From the IMG/VR virus record IMGVR_UViG_3300045988_041561, positions 1-36,814 of that record: a DNA stretch of 36,814 nucleotides. One strand, written 5' to 3'. This stretch comes from a virus. The notes under the pieces were generated by a model, which was not told the origin of the DNA, searched no databases, and saw only the letters and a program-made list of their open reading frames with translations. Below are positions 22,880 through 31,926 of the stretch, one piece after another (the first letter of the stretch is position 1; each line of letters opens with the position of its first letter). A program made the position numbers and the translations under genes.

Positions 22880-24267
22880 ATTTTAGTTTTATAAAGTTCT
22901 ACAATTTCCTTAATTGCGTCCATTAAACTACGCTGCGTAGTATCCTTTCCGTCCAGGCTCTTTATAATCTTCTCGTCCACTGTATCGGTAGCGATTATGT
23001 GGTGAATGCTCACGGGCTTCTTTTGTCCCTGGCGATATAGTCGGGCGTTGAATTGCTGGTACAGTTCGAGTGCCCACGTTAAGCCGTACCATATCATTAT
23101 GTGCCCACCCTTTTGCAGATTAAGACCGTGCCCCGCTGATGCCGGGTGTGTCACCAGTACGTTAATCTTCCCTGCGTTCCAATCGGCTATTTGTTCGGGC
23201 TTCTCCAGTTTGACGGGTTTGTATTCCTTAAGGGCGTCCATAATATTATCAAGGTCGTGTTTGAACGTGTACGCAATAAGTACGGGTTGCCCGTTGGCAG
23301 CTTCTACAAGTTCTTTTAGCTTCTCTATCTTTTCGTCATGGAGTTGCAATACATTTCTATCGGCGTCATACATCGCCCCGTTAGCAAATTGCTGTAGCTT
23401 GTTGCTAAGAGCCGCAGCGGAAGCCGCTGTAATAGTTTCGCCGCTTTCTATGAACTCCAATACCTGCTCACGTTCAAAGGTCTTATAGGCTTTGAAATCC
23501 TTATCGGATAGCTTAACCCTATCGTAGTACATAAGTTTGTCCGGCATCTTTAGATAATCCTCCGCGCTCATGGAGATGCAAATATCCTTGATGAGGTCGC
23601 TAATTTTTTGTTCCGTTTCTTCCGCCGGGCTTTTTAAATCCCACTGGTAGACAATATCACCGTTTTTACGTCCGGCAGTAAAGAACCTATTGCGATAGTC
23701 CGTAATCGTTTTGCCCAACCGTTTACCCTCATCAATCAAAAACATCTGCGCCCATAGGTCTATTAGCCCGTTTGGGGCTGGCGTTCCGGTAAGACCTACT
23801 ACCCGCGGGATAAACTTCCGCACTCGTCTAAGGGCTTTAAAACGCTTTGACGCGTAGTTCTTAAAACTCGATAGCTCGTCAATAACGACCATATCATAAG
23901 GCAGTTTAACGCCTCCGTGTTCAACCACGAGCCACACAACGTTATCGCGGCTTACTGTGTAGATGTCCGCATCTGCCATCATAGCCGCCCGGCGTTGTGC
24001 CGCCGTCCCGTCTATCACGGAGATACGCAAACCCTTTAGATGTTCCCAATTATTAATCTCATCTTTCCACGTTACCTGCGCAACTTTTTTCGGAGCGATG
24101 ATTAATACTTTGTCAATAAAACCTATCTCGCGAAGTTCCTGGATAGCGGTTAAAGTGCTCACCGTCTTACCCAAGCCGCAGTCCAAGAACAAACCACAGT
24201 TAAAATTATTTACTATCATGTCCACGGCTTTAACCTGGTAATCATGTAATTGTTCTTTCTTTAACAT
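22876..24267 (-). CDS. SNF2-family helicase/ATPase
   Basis: Motif I is LDCGLGKT. Motif II is VVIDELSSFKN. Motif III is GLTGTPAPN. The C-terminal lobe has HPASAGHGLNLQ and ARLYRQGQ (motif VI). Confidence 0.9.
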   Translation of the reverse strand: MLKKEQLHDYQVKAVDMIVNNFNCGLFLDCGLGKTVSTLTAIQELREIGFIDKVLIIAPKKVAQVTWKDEINNWEHLKGLRISVIDGTAAQRRAAMMADADIYTVSRDNVVWLVVEHGGVKLPYDMVVIDELSSFKNYASKRFKALRRVRKFIPRVVGLTGTPAPNGLIDLWAQMFLIDEGKRLGKTITDYRNRFFTAGRKNGDIVYQWDLKSPAEETEQKISDLIKDICISMSAEDYLKMPDKLMYYDRVKLSDKDFKAYKTFEREQVLEFIESGETITAASAAALSNKLQQFANGAMYDADRNVLQLHDEKIEKLKELVEAANGQPVLIAYTFKHDLDNIMDALKEYKPVKLEKPEQIADWNAGKINVLVTHPASAGHGLNLQKGGHIMIWYGLTWALELYQQFNARLYRQGQKKPVSIHHIIATDTVDEKIIKSLDGKDTTQRSLMDAIKEIVELYKTKI

Positions 24268-24440
24268 TCTATTGCCCTCACTAACATTAAAAGTTGTTTT
24301 AATAACTCGGAGTGTTCACCGGGTTGTACTTTCCTAATCGCTGTTTCAATCTCGGCAGCCGTTTTAACCAACTTACCGTTTATTTTTATTTCGGTCTTGC
24401 CCGATTGACAAGACACGTTTAGAGTTACATAGTTAGTCAT
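24261..24440 (-). CDS. Small hypothetical protein (59 aa), below the ORF-track cutoff
   Basis: My manual translation gives MTNYVTLNVSCQSGKTEIKINGKLVKTAAEIETAIRKVQPGEHSELLKQLLMLVRAIEC*. It fills an otherwise empty gap, and its stop overlaps the SNF2 start (ATGTTAA). Confidence 0.5.
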   Translation of the reverse strand: MTNYVTLNVSCQSGKTEIKINGKLVKTAAEIETAIRKVQPGEHSELLKQLLMLVRAIEC

Positions 24441-24441
24441 T

Positions 24442-24690
24442 TTATAGGTTCATTAAATGGTTACGATAATAGATGCAAATGCTTTTGAAATCCTGGTGTT
24501 CGGGCTTACCTTGCCGATACTTAATCGCCAGGTAGTTCACGTCCTGGATAATATCGCGCTGTAAGTCTGCTTGAACTTCTTCGATAGTTCCATACGCTGT
24601 ACCGTCTTTGATACCTAAAACCCCGCTCTTAATACCGAAATACAACCCTAACTTGTATTCAATTTCTTTTTTTACTTTCTTTGGGTTCAT
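24442..24690 (-). CDS. Hypothetical protein (82 aa)
   Basis: Packed ORF with a 4-nt overlap on the VRR-NUC stop. No motif recognised. Confidence 0.65.
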   Translation of the reverse strand: MNPKKVKKEIEYKLGLYFGIKSGVLGIKDGTAYGTIEEVQADLQRDIIQDVNYLAIKYRQGKPEHQDFKSICIYYRNHLMNL

Positions 24691-25115
24691 AATGATTTGT
24701 TTTTAACATGTTCTAAAACTTCGTTCATACTCTCTTTGGTGTCTACAATAAACACCGTGAAACCTAATTTGTTCAACCGTTCGTGAATAAATTTTTGTAT
24801 TGCGGTCGGCTTCTTCCCGGTTGTCTTTATCTCTGCAAAGCAAACGTACCCACCTTTGCAAAGTATCAGCCTATCGGGCAACCCTCTTACAAAGGTTGAG
24901 AGTAGTTTAATACACCAGGCGTACCCGCATTTGTTTAGCTTCTCCGATAGAGTACGCTCCAAATACTTTTCACTCACTATTTCTTTCATATTTTCGCACC
25001 CTCTCGATTTGCTTATCCAATTGCTCCAGCTCCTTGTACATTTTGGACGGGTCGGGGTTTCCTCGTATAGTCCTAATAAGTTTAATACGCTTATCCAAAA
25101 GTTTTGTAATCTCAT
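24687..25115 (-). CDS. VRR-NUC domain nuclease
   Basis: GLPDRLILCKGGYVCFAEIKTTGKKPTAIQKFIHERL contains the PD...E.K VRR-NUC core. The start is ambiguous. The ATG at 25115 overlaps the upstream stop as ATGA, but the conserved domain begins near the internal Met at 24989. Confidence 0.75.
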   Translation of the reverse strand: MRLQNFWISVLNLLGLYEETPTRPKCTRSWSNWISKSRGCENMKEIVSEKYLERTLSEKLNKCGYAWCIKLLSTFVRGLPDRLILCKGGYVCFAEIKTTGKKPTAIQKFIHERLNKLGFTVFIVDTKESMNEVLEHVKNKSL

Positions 25116-25561
25116 TCTCCATTTTCTAACTGTCTAATACGTTCTTTACAAATATGTATTATCTTCTCGTAGTCCAGCTTTCGCCCGTCCGTAGGTTTGT
25201 CCCTCAACACGCGCTTGATTATATCGGCGTCCCACGGGTTTAGTTTGTACTCCAGCCATATATCCCAAGGTTGTATCTTATGTTTCGCATAATCGGAAGC
25301 GCCTACATTGTAGTCCCGCACGTTGTCGGTTTTTGGCTCACGCTTGACGGTTCGCACTTCGTCCGGCACGTTTATGTATTCACCCTCTACTATAAGCCCT
25401 AACGGGTTCGGACATATTGTACGTTTAATAAAATCCATAAGGTAGTTCCTGGAGTGTTGCGGGTTTACGAAATATTTAAAACCGATATTGGGTTCTAATG
25501 TAAGTTTTTCCCCATCTTTGCCTACAAACGAAAATTTCGTCACTTTATATTTTTTCTGCAT
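25112..25561 (-). CDS. DUF3310-domain protein with an N-terminal extension
   Basis: NVGASDYAKHKIQPWDIWLEYKLNPWDADIIKRVLR matches the DUF3310 (SaV-like) signature common in phage replication modules. Confidence 0.7.
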   Translation of the reverse strand: MQKKYKVTKFSFVGKDGEKLTLEPNIGFKYFVNPQHSRNYLMDFIKRTICPNPLGLIVEGEYINVPDEVRTVKREPKTDNVRDYNVGASDYAKHKIQPWDIWLEYKLNPWDADIIKRVLRDKPTDGRKLDYEKIIHICKERIRQLENGE

Positions 25562-25706
25562 ACCACAAAACTATTTTATTTGTTTCTAACTTCTTTTTAT
25601 AAAACTCCCTTGCTTTCTCCACCGTTGGAAAGATTTGCTTTTCCGATTGGCAGAGGGTATTCCACCCCTCGCCGTTCTTGTATCTAACTTTCAGTACCTC
25701 TATCAT
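25545..25706 (-). CDS. Small hypothetical protein (53 aa)
   Basis: MIEVLKVRYKNGEGWNTLCQSEKQIF... I chose the ATG at 25706, 7 nt after the upstream stop, over the TTG at 25757 used by the ORF track. Confidence 0.55.
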   Translation of the reverse strand: MIEVLKVRYKNGEGWNTLCQSEKQIFPTVEKAREFYKKKLETNKIVLWYAEKI

Positions 25707-25713
25707 AGCCGCG

Positions 25714-25896
25714 TTATGCAAAGAGGTCAATAAAAATACTTTCGCTATCCTCGGCAACTTGTTTGGTGAATGTCTGCCCTACCATGCCTACATACGGCAC
25801 GCCATCTATCCACATAAAACGTTGGACGAAATTTAGGTTAATGTACTCGCAGATTACTTCTCCTTTTACGATAAAATTCACTTTTGTTAATTCCAT
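25714..25896 (-). CDS. Small hypothetical protein (60 aa)
   Basis: ORF preceded by a boundary cassette and the conserved A-rich leader. Confidence 0.55.
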   Translation of the reverse strand: MELTKVNFIVKGEVICEYINLNFVQRFMWIDGVPYVGMVGQTFTKQVAEDSESIFIDLFA

Positions 25897-25958
25897 GATT
25901 TCCTTTTTTAAATTGTTGATATTATATAAACACTTGAAACTCGCTTTTTGTTTTCTTA
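25897..25958 (-). repeat. Gene-boundary cassette, degenerate -7 variant (copy 2 of 3)
   Basis: The minus strand reads GAAAGTTAATAAGAAAACAAAAAGCGAGTTTCAAGTGTTTATATAATATCAACAATTTAAAAAAGG. It shares cttattaactttctttttgttt with 26960..26981. A TATAAT-like hexamer sits where other copies have TAnnTTTG. Confidence 0.6.
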
Positions 25959-26345
25959 TTAACTTTCTTTTTGTTTTCCGTGGTTTTCATGAAAGCCGTA
26001 TTTCTTTTCTGCTTCCAATCGCGCGGCGGCTTCTTCTATATTGGCAAACGTGCCTATGTGTATACTCTTATAGTTAACCTCTATCCTCGCTATATATTTG
26101 CCTATCCGTTCGGAATATATTACACCCGTAACTCCCGTTTTATTGTCCTCCCGTTGCGATTGGTTTCTTTGATTTGTAACACGGTTAACTACTCGCAAAT
26201 TACTTAATCGGTTGTCCGTTCTTATGTGGTTTAAGTGGTCTACGCAATCGCCACGTTTGAACAATACCCCCGAAAGTATTAGCACCAATCGGTGTGCTTG
26301 ATATAGTTTTTTGTACAATCTTATAACGGTGTACCCACTTCGCAC
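25959..26345 (-). CDS. HNH endonuclease with an AP2 DNA-binding domain (homing endonuclease); open part of a longer disrupted gene
   Basis: VDHLNHIRTDNRLSNLRVVNRVTNQRN is an HNH_3 motif. TGVTGVIYSERIGKYIARIEVNYKSIHIGTFANIEEAA is AP2-like. The same frame stays open upstream (KKKELTFAEVDALLRYDSETGALYWKK...), which is the usual N-terminus of this family, but it has no start codon. Confidence 0.85.
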   Translation of the reverse strand: MRSGYTVIRLYKKLYQAHRLVLILSGVLFKRGDCVDHLNHIRTDNRLSNLRVVNRVTNQRNQSQREDNKTGVTGVIYSERIGKYIARIEVNYKSIHIGTFANIEEAAARLEAEKKYGFHENHGKQKES

Positions 26346-26465
26346 GTTCCTGCACCCCGCAACATCTCCCTCTTTCGCCCTACTGCCTACGGTCTTTTTC
26401 CAATATAACGCGCCCGTTTCGCTATCGTACCGTAGTAGGGCGTCTACTTCTGCAAACGTTAATTC

Positions 26466-26475
26466 TTTTTTTTTT
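26466..26475 (-). repeat. A10 homopolymer (T10 on the plus strand) separating the natural ATG (26478..26476) from the HNH reading frame
   Basis: ATG-A10-GAATTAACG: with 10 A the ATG frame stops after 18 codons. With 9 A it would read MKKKELTFAEVDALLRYDSETG... in frame with the HNH domain. Confidence 0.8.
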
Positions 26476-26482
26476 CATGGCT

Positions 26483-26890
26483 TCACTCTGTAATCGCTGT
26501 TAACATCTTTTTTAATTCTCCTTTGCTTACTGCAATGGAAGCCGCGCCACCCGCGCTAACGATAACCCACGTACCATTAAGTTTTTGATAATACGCTGTG
26601 TTTCCCGACGGGTTGTTAAGGTTCACCGTTTCGCCCTGTTTCGGGGTGTACTCAATCATTGAGGCGATAAGCGTTTCGGCTTCCTGGTAGTTTCCTAAAT
26701 CAACCGTAAGTTTCAGCCCCGCGGATTCCTTTGTTTGGGCAACAATGGTTAACGCTCCGTCCGTATCAATCAACTTGCATACGCCCATACGGAAAGACTT
26801 TAATACTTCGGGCTTACCTTGACTTGTAATCTGCGAAAACATTGATACACTTGTAAGAATTAACACTGCTAATACTACTAACTTTTTCAT
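26483..26890 (-). CDS. Secreted protein with a signal peptide (135 aa), function unknown
   Basis: MKKLVVLAVLILTSVSMFSQ is a typical type-I signal peptide with no lipobox Cys. The mature part is beta-rich. Confidence 0.7.
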   Translation of the reverse strand: MKKLVVLAVLILTSVSMFSQITSQGKPEVLKSFRMGVCKLIDTDGALTIVAQTKESAGLKLTVDLGNYQEAETLIASMIEYTPKQGETVNLNNPSGNTAYYQKLNGTWVIVSAGGAASIAVSKGELKKMLTAITE

Positions 26891-26975
26891 AATCTTTTGT
26901 TTTTAAATTGTTGTTATACTTAATAAACAACGGACATTTTAAAAGGTTCACCGTTATTTCCTTATTAACTTTCTT
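26891..26975 (-). repeat. Gene-boundary cassette, degenerate -7 variant (copy 3 of 3)
   Basis: The minus strand reads AAAGAAAGTTAATAAGGAAATAACGGTGAACCTTTTAAAATGTCCGTTGTTTATTAAGTATAACAACAATTTAAAAACAAAAGATT-ATG. Confidence 0.65.
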
Positions 26976-27155
26976 TTTGTTTGTTGTAAGGCTTCTAAAG
27001 ATTTAAGCTTTATAGCTTCATTTAATCGGTTACCGAACTTTCATTTAACCCTTTCGAGATACGTTTGCTTATTTTCTCGTCTTACGAATTTAATCTTTCA
27101 ACCAGCCTTTTGCATTTTAGTACGCTGGTGGGGTCTTTAGTTCCTTTCAACACTA

Positions 27156-27220
27156 CAAATATACGGCTTTATCCAATAGGTTGTATATATCGTTAACATC
27201 TATTATGAATAAAGCCGTAT
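27156..27220 (-). promoter_or_regulatory. Long hairpin after the primase gene overlapping a -7 box
   Basis: The perfect 12-bp arms atacggctttat (27161-27172) and ataaagccgtat (27209-27220) have inner pairing aatag/ctatt. The minus strand reads TATATTTG at 27163..27156. Confidence 0.45.
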
Positions 27221-27232
27221 TTAGTTAGTTCC

Positions 27233-29692
27233 TTAACATTTTCTTACATACGAAGCTTGTTTTCCGTATGTTTTATCGTTTCCAACCATGCCGCGGAACT
27301 CCCAATCTTTGAAACCTAACATAAGGTCTTTAATCTCATTGCCTAATCTACGGTCGGCGTTATTCGATTTGCACACTTCCGCCATTATAGCGCGTACACT
27401 TGTCTCGCTCATAACCTGGTAATCCGCCGCGGTCATCGCCTCATCGTAGTTATCAAAGTACATGCTACGTTCTGCGCTTGACATCGTGCCCCAATCGGCG
27501 GGTACTTTCATGTTTAGGTACTTATCTACTTCACCATGCCATCCGCTACGCTCCAGGTGCGCCGCCCTGCGTTCCTCGGCTACGGCTTCACTCTCACGAG
27601 ATAGTAAGGTAGTTGCCCCGGCGCGATACATTGCAACCGCTTCCGCCCAAACCATATCTACATAATTCTCAAACGCGGGTTCGAACAGTTCGTGAGTGCG
27701 TGCGTTCGCTTTCACCTCCACCGGGATAAAACGGCGGTTGCCCGTTGCATCTTTTAAAAAGTCGTCCTTGTTCGTTGTTCCGAAGAATACGCATTGACGG
27801 GGGAAGTTTTTAGTAACACGACCGTATGCGGGTCTAAAGCTGTCCTCTGTTTTTGAAATGAAGTTCTTAATACTTTCTACTTCTGATTTACGCATCGCGG
27901 ATAACTCGGCGACCTCAATCAACCAATTGCCCTGGAGCTGCTCGAACGCGTCCTTTCCATCCATAGATGTAAGGCTATCGCTGAACCACTTCTTACCAAG
28001 CATACGTATAAGAGTTGATTTACCTGCGCCCTGGTCGGACTTCATAACTAACATAGTATCGAACTTGCAGCCCTTTTCAAACACACGCTTAACTGCACCC
28101 ACGAGCATAATGCGGATAGCGTCTTTACTGTATTGGCTATCTTCTGCACCCATGTAGTCGATAAGCAAACGTTCAACGCGCGGTATACCGTCCCAACTTA
28201 AACCGTTTAGATAGTCTTGTATCGGGTGAAACGCGTTAAACTCGGCCTCCAGGGCGATAGCGTCATCTACTTTCTGCACACTTGACACGCCGTATATATC
28301 CTCAATGTGTTTACGTATGCCCGCAAAATCCACGTCCTGAAAATCCAGGGAAGTATCTTTCAATCTCCAATGCGGCGTACGGCTTACTACGCGTCTATCC
28401 TTAAACAGGTCGCGTGCGATTAGTTTACCTATTAACGGGTCTTTTCGCAGTATGATGGAAATGTTTTTAGACGAGTTCGCTACACCGCCTTTTCCGTCGT
28501 CGTCCAACTGTGCCGTAACGGCTGCAATTTGTTCGCCCACCTCATCAGCGGTTAACCGTCTCGGCTCGTTTCCCATATCTTCGGCATCTACTACCGGGAT
28601 ACCATCTACTTGCAATACGTTGAACTCGGCTAATGTCTCGGCGGCTTCTTCACCGTTCTTTTTAGCTAACAGTGCTTTTACCTTTTCGTCATTATAAACT
28701 AAACGGTTCATTTCGGTAATTGACACCTTGCTATCTGCGCGCTTATCCAGTTTGCCGAACAAATGGATACGAACCAAGTCGTACGCGTTAAACACGTGGT
28801 TGCCCTGTATTGGGTCTGTGCTATGGTGCGAGTACGCGAACAAGTCGTCATAGGTAATCATACCGCCCGAAGTAGAGCCGCCTGTATAAGTCCAACGGTT
28901 GGGTTTGTCTGTGGGCGTGTAAATCTCGGGCAAATACTTTTCGATTGCTTCGCTTATGGTGTACGCTCTACAAAAGTCACCGATAGACCCGGATTTTAGT
29001 GTAGGGTCTTGTTGTTCCTTTACCAGGCTGCGCGCTTCGCCTTTCTCGTCTTTATGGTATGCCCACTCGGTTGTATCGCTCCAATCCTCGTACATACCCA
29101 AATACTTGTCAACCTCCAAGGCTTCCGGGTAAACGTCCGTAAAGTCCTCGAAATAGTACGATACATCGGACGGTACAGACGGAAAGAACATGCAGCGTTC
29201 CGGCTGAAAGGTTGTGCGGTCGTACAAGTCCATGCCTGTGAGTTCCGCAACCTTTCGTGTCAACGCTTCGTACTCCTCGTTATCTACAGGGCGGTCTATC
29301 GGCATTAAGATACGATAACGGTACACGCCCTTATCGAAATTATGCTTATGCGTCCCGTGAATGAAAAACGCCCGTTGAATAGTTGCCGCGAATTGTTCCG
29401 CGAAATCCTTTTCGCCGAAATCAATATCCAGGGCGATAAGGCTACGTTCGCCGATGTTCGCTTTGGTACGCTTGCTGCTCAACAACTCGCCGCCAACGAA
29501 CGCGCCTACGTCTTTAACGCGCCCTTGTTCGGCTTTAGACATCGACATAAACTCGCGGTACGTTTCATTGGTAACCCTCGCGTTCGACATCATAGTTACG
29601 AACTCGCCCCACGTCAACGCCTTGTTCTTCCAAGACGTTGAAACGGCGGAAGCCGCGGTTGCGATTGTAATCTTTAAATCTCTGATTTCCAT
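27233..29692 (-). CDS. Primase-helicase: AEP prim-pol N-terminus fused to a VirE/D5-type SF3 P-loop NTPase
   Basis: The AEP motifs are SLIALDIDF (DxD) and FIHGTHKH (sxH). The C-terminal FDTMLVMKSDQGAGKSTLIRMLG is a Walker A motif in VirE-family context, and GNRRFIPVEV is the arginine-finger region. Confidence 0.9.
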   Translation of the reverse strand: MEIRDLKITIATAASAVSTSWKNKALTWGEFVTMMSNARVTNETYREFMSMSKAEQGRVKDVGAFVGGELLSSKRTKANIGERSLIALDIDFGEKDFAEQFAATIQRAFFIHGTHKHNFDKGVYRYRILMPIDRPVDNEEYEALTRKVAELTGMDLYDRTTFQPERCMFFPSVPSDVSYYFEDFTDVYPEALEVDKYLGMYEDWSDTTEWAYHKDEKGEARSLVKEQQDPTLKSGSIGDFCRAYTISEAIEKYLPEIYTPTDKPNRWTYTGGSTSGGMITYDDLFAYSHHSTDPIQGNHVFNAYDLVRIHLFGKLDKRADSKVSITEMNRLVYNDEKVKALLAKKNGEEAAETLAEFNVLQVDGIPVVDAEDMGNEPRRLTADEVGEQIAAVTAQLDDDGKGGVANSSKNISIILRKDPLIGKLIARDLFKDRRVVSRTPHWRLKDTSLDFQDVDFAGIRKHIEDIYGVSSVQKVDDAIALEAEFNAFHPIQDYLNGLSWDGIPRVERLLIDYMGAEDSQYSKDAIRIMLVGAVKRVFEKGCKFDTMLVMKSDQGAGKSTLIRMLGKKWFSDSLTSMDGKDAFEQLQGNWLIEVAELSAMRKSEVESIKNFISKTEDSFRPAYGRVTKNFPRQCVFFGTTNKDDFLKDATGNRRFIPVEVKANARTHELFEPAFENYVDMVWAEAVAMYRAGATTLLSRESEAVAEERRAAHLERSGWHGEVDKYLNMKVPADWGTMSSAERSMYFDNYDEAMTAADYQVMSETSVRAIMAEVCKSNNADRRLGNEIKDLMLGFKDWEFRGMVGNDKTYGKQASYVRKC

Positions 29693-29694
29693 TT

Positions 29695-31710
29695 TTAATC
29701 TTTTTTGTAATAATCAGTTATATAACCCGCTGCACGTAAAGCAATACCGTTTGCCCATTCGGGCGCTTTTGCCATTGCTTCGCACATATCTTTCAAAACT
29801 TGTTCCTCGTTACCGTCTTTCGGTATCTCGGCGGCTATCTCATCATGCACATGCAGCACTATGTTATAACCCATATCAAAAACGTTAAATATAGCTTGTG
29901 CCAGCAAATCGCGGCTTATAGCCTGTACAACGTTCTCCGTTAGTTTACCGCCGTACGTGTGAAGCGTTTCCCACTTCCCTGTAATTTGGTTTTGTCCCTT
30001 ATAACTTATATCCTGGACATCGAAAGACCCGGACGGTGAAGTTATCGTTCTTTTGGATAAACGCGCCGCGGGGTAGAAAAGTTCGCGCCCGCTCGGTAAT
30101 TTAACGGTCATTGCACCATATTTATAATTAAATACAATTTCCGCTTTATCGGTTATCTTGAATGTAACCGGGCGGCGCGTGCCTATACAGCGCTTTGCAG
30201 CTTCTTCCAACCGTTTCCACAGGGCTACGATATTGGGGTTTGCTTCTCTCCACTTAGAAAGTATTTCGGGCTTCTCATCATCCCTTAACGCTTTCTTAGT
30301 GTCCATAGTGGTGAGGGCGTTTATACCCCCTCCGTATCCTAATGCGAGTTCCGCAACCTTTCCGCGCTGTCTCAACTCGTCACCCTTATGGACTGGTACG
30401 CCGAACATCTTAGAGGCGGAAGCACAATAAATATCGCTTTTCGGGTTCTCGAACAACTCCAAACGCCATTTCTCATTAGCGACCCATGCAATTACACGGG
30501 CTTCAATAGCTGAAAAGTCGGCGACTGAAAAGGTGTAACCCTCGGGCGCGATAAACGCCGTACGGATAAGTTGCGAAATAATGTGCGTAGGCTTATCGTA
30601 GAACATTGCCATCGCATCGAACGCACCCTCTTTAACTAATCTTCGCGGCGTGTCCAGGTCTTCCAAATGGTTTTGCGGTAGGTTCTGCAACTGCACCAGG
30701 CGACCCGCCCAACGACCCGTACGAGAAGCGCCGTAATAACGGAATAGACCCCGAATACGGTCGCCCTTTCCAACGCAATTAAGTATAGCCGTGTATTTAG
30801 CGTTGGACGTCTTGCCGACCTCTACGCGCATTGCGAGCACGTCTAACGCTGCTTGCTTCTTTTCTTCCGGCATGGTTGACGCTTTCACCTTTGCGATTAC
30901 GTTCGGAAGTTCCGCCTTAATCAGTGTAGACACCTCAACACCCGTATTGTCATAAATGAAGTCTTTCAATTGGGGCATTGACTTTAGAGACGTGATACCG
31001 TATTTGTTCAGTGCTTCGGTCTCTAATTCTTCTTTGTGCTTCGCGTCAAGTTCTGCCGCCTTTTTGGCTAACTGAACATCTGCCAGGATACCGTAATCGT
31101 TTATACGTTGGTCGGCTGCATAAATGCGCTGCTCGCTTTCCGGGAACTCGAAAACCGATAATTTCGTGAATATCTCCTTTTCCGAAAGTACGTCATACTC
31201 CAAGTAAGTTTTAAACTCTTCCCACTTATCCGGGTAATCAGCTGAATGGTTACGGGTCTGCATGCCGTTCGATTTTGTCGGCTTACAAGGAACGGAGAAA
31301 AAACGTATCAGTGCCTTACCTGTACCTAACTTCTTATCGGAAAGATTTAGTATCTGTGAAACCGCGTCAAGTGATGCAGGTAGACCGCAATAGAGCGCCA
31401 TGTTGGCAGTACAGAAGAAGCGCATAGGACTTATGTTTATCCCGTAGTTCATTAAACACACGCGTTCAAACGCGGCATTGTGGGCAACTATTACGGTGTC
31501 CTGGTCGTTCGCCACTTCGGTAAAGAAGTTCATGAACTCATCGTGTCCGCCCTCTTTTGTTAAGTCGATAAACGACACCTTTGTATCTGTGTCCCACATA
31601 TACCCGCAAAGGAGTATTTCAAAGTTTTCGCTTTCCGCGTACTTGTAGTTTCCGCTTGACTTAATATCAACATCGGAAAATGTCTCAAAGTCGATAAATA
31701 AATGTTTCAT
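29695..31710 (-). CDS. Family-A DNA polymerase with a 3'-5' exonuclease domain
   Basis: Exo I is FIDFETFS and Exo II is AHNAAFE. Pol motif A is DFSAIEARVIAW, motif B is RQRGKVAELALGYGGG and motif C is LHVHDEI. Confidence 0.95.
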   Translation of the reverse strand: MKHLFIDFETFSDVDIKSSGNYKYAESENFEILLCGYMWDTDTKVSFIDLTKEGGHDEFMNFFTEVANDQDTVIVAHNAAFERVCLMNYGINISPMRFFCTANMALYCGLPASLDAVSQILNLSDKKLGTGKALIRFFSVPCKPTKSNGMQTRNHSADYPDKWEEFKTYLEYDVLSEKEIFTKLSVFEFPESEQRIYAADQRINDYGILADVQLAKKAAELDAKHKEELETEALNKYGITSLKSMPQLKDFIYDNTGVEVSTLIKAELPNVIAKVKASTMPEEKKQAALDVLAMRVEVGKTSNAKYTAILNCVGKGDRIRGLFRYYGASRTGRWAGRLVQLQNLPQNHLEDLDTPRRLVKEGAFDAMAMFYDKPTHIISQLIRTAFIAPEGYTFSVADFSAIEARVIAWVANEKWRLELFENPKSDIYCASASKMFGVPVHKGDELRQRGKVAELALGYGGGINALTTMDTKKALRDDEKPEILSKWREANPNIVALWKRLEEAAKRCIGTRRPVTFKITDKAEIVFNYKYGAMTVKLPSGRELFYPAARLSKRTITSPSGSFDVQDISYKGQNQITGKWETLHTYGGKLTENVVQAISRDLLAQAIFNVFDMGYNIVLHVHDEIAAEIPKDGNEEQVLKDMCEAMAKAPEWANGIALRAAGYITDYYKKD

Positions 31711-31711
31711 A

Positions 31712-31891
31712 TTATAATATTGTTAGTTCTTTGCTGTCAATACCAAGTTTAAATTTCGCGTATCGTATAACTGTTTCCAGGTCTCTGTTAGCGAATAGTA
31801 TCGCATCATCTTTAGTTCGTACTAATTGGTGATAGAAATTCTCTCCGCTTGGCCGGTTGTAGACGTAATCTATAAAATACTTTGTTTTCAT
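31712..31891 (-). CDS. Small hypothetical protein (59 aa)
   Basis: MKTKYFIDYVYNRPSGENFYHQL... I chose the ATG at 31891 because it follows the conserved AATTAAAAACAGTGATT leader. The longer ORF-track start would run into the promoter. Confidence 0.6.
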   Translation of the reverse strand: MKTKYFIDYVYNRPSGENFYHQLVRTKDDAILFANRDLETVIRYAKFKLGIDSKELTIL

Positions 31892-31926
31892 AATCACTGT
31901 TTTTAATTGGCTTCTAATAATAACGA

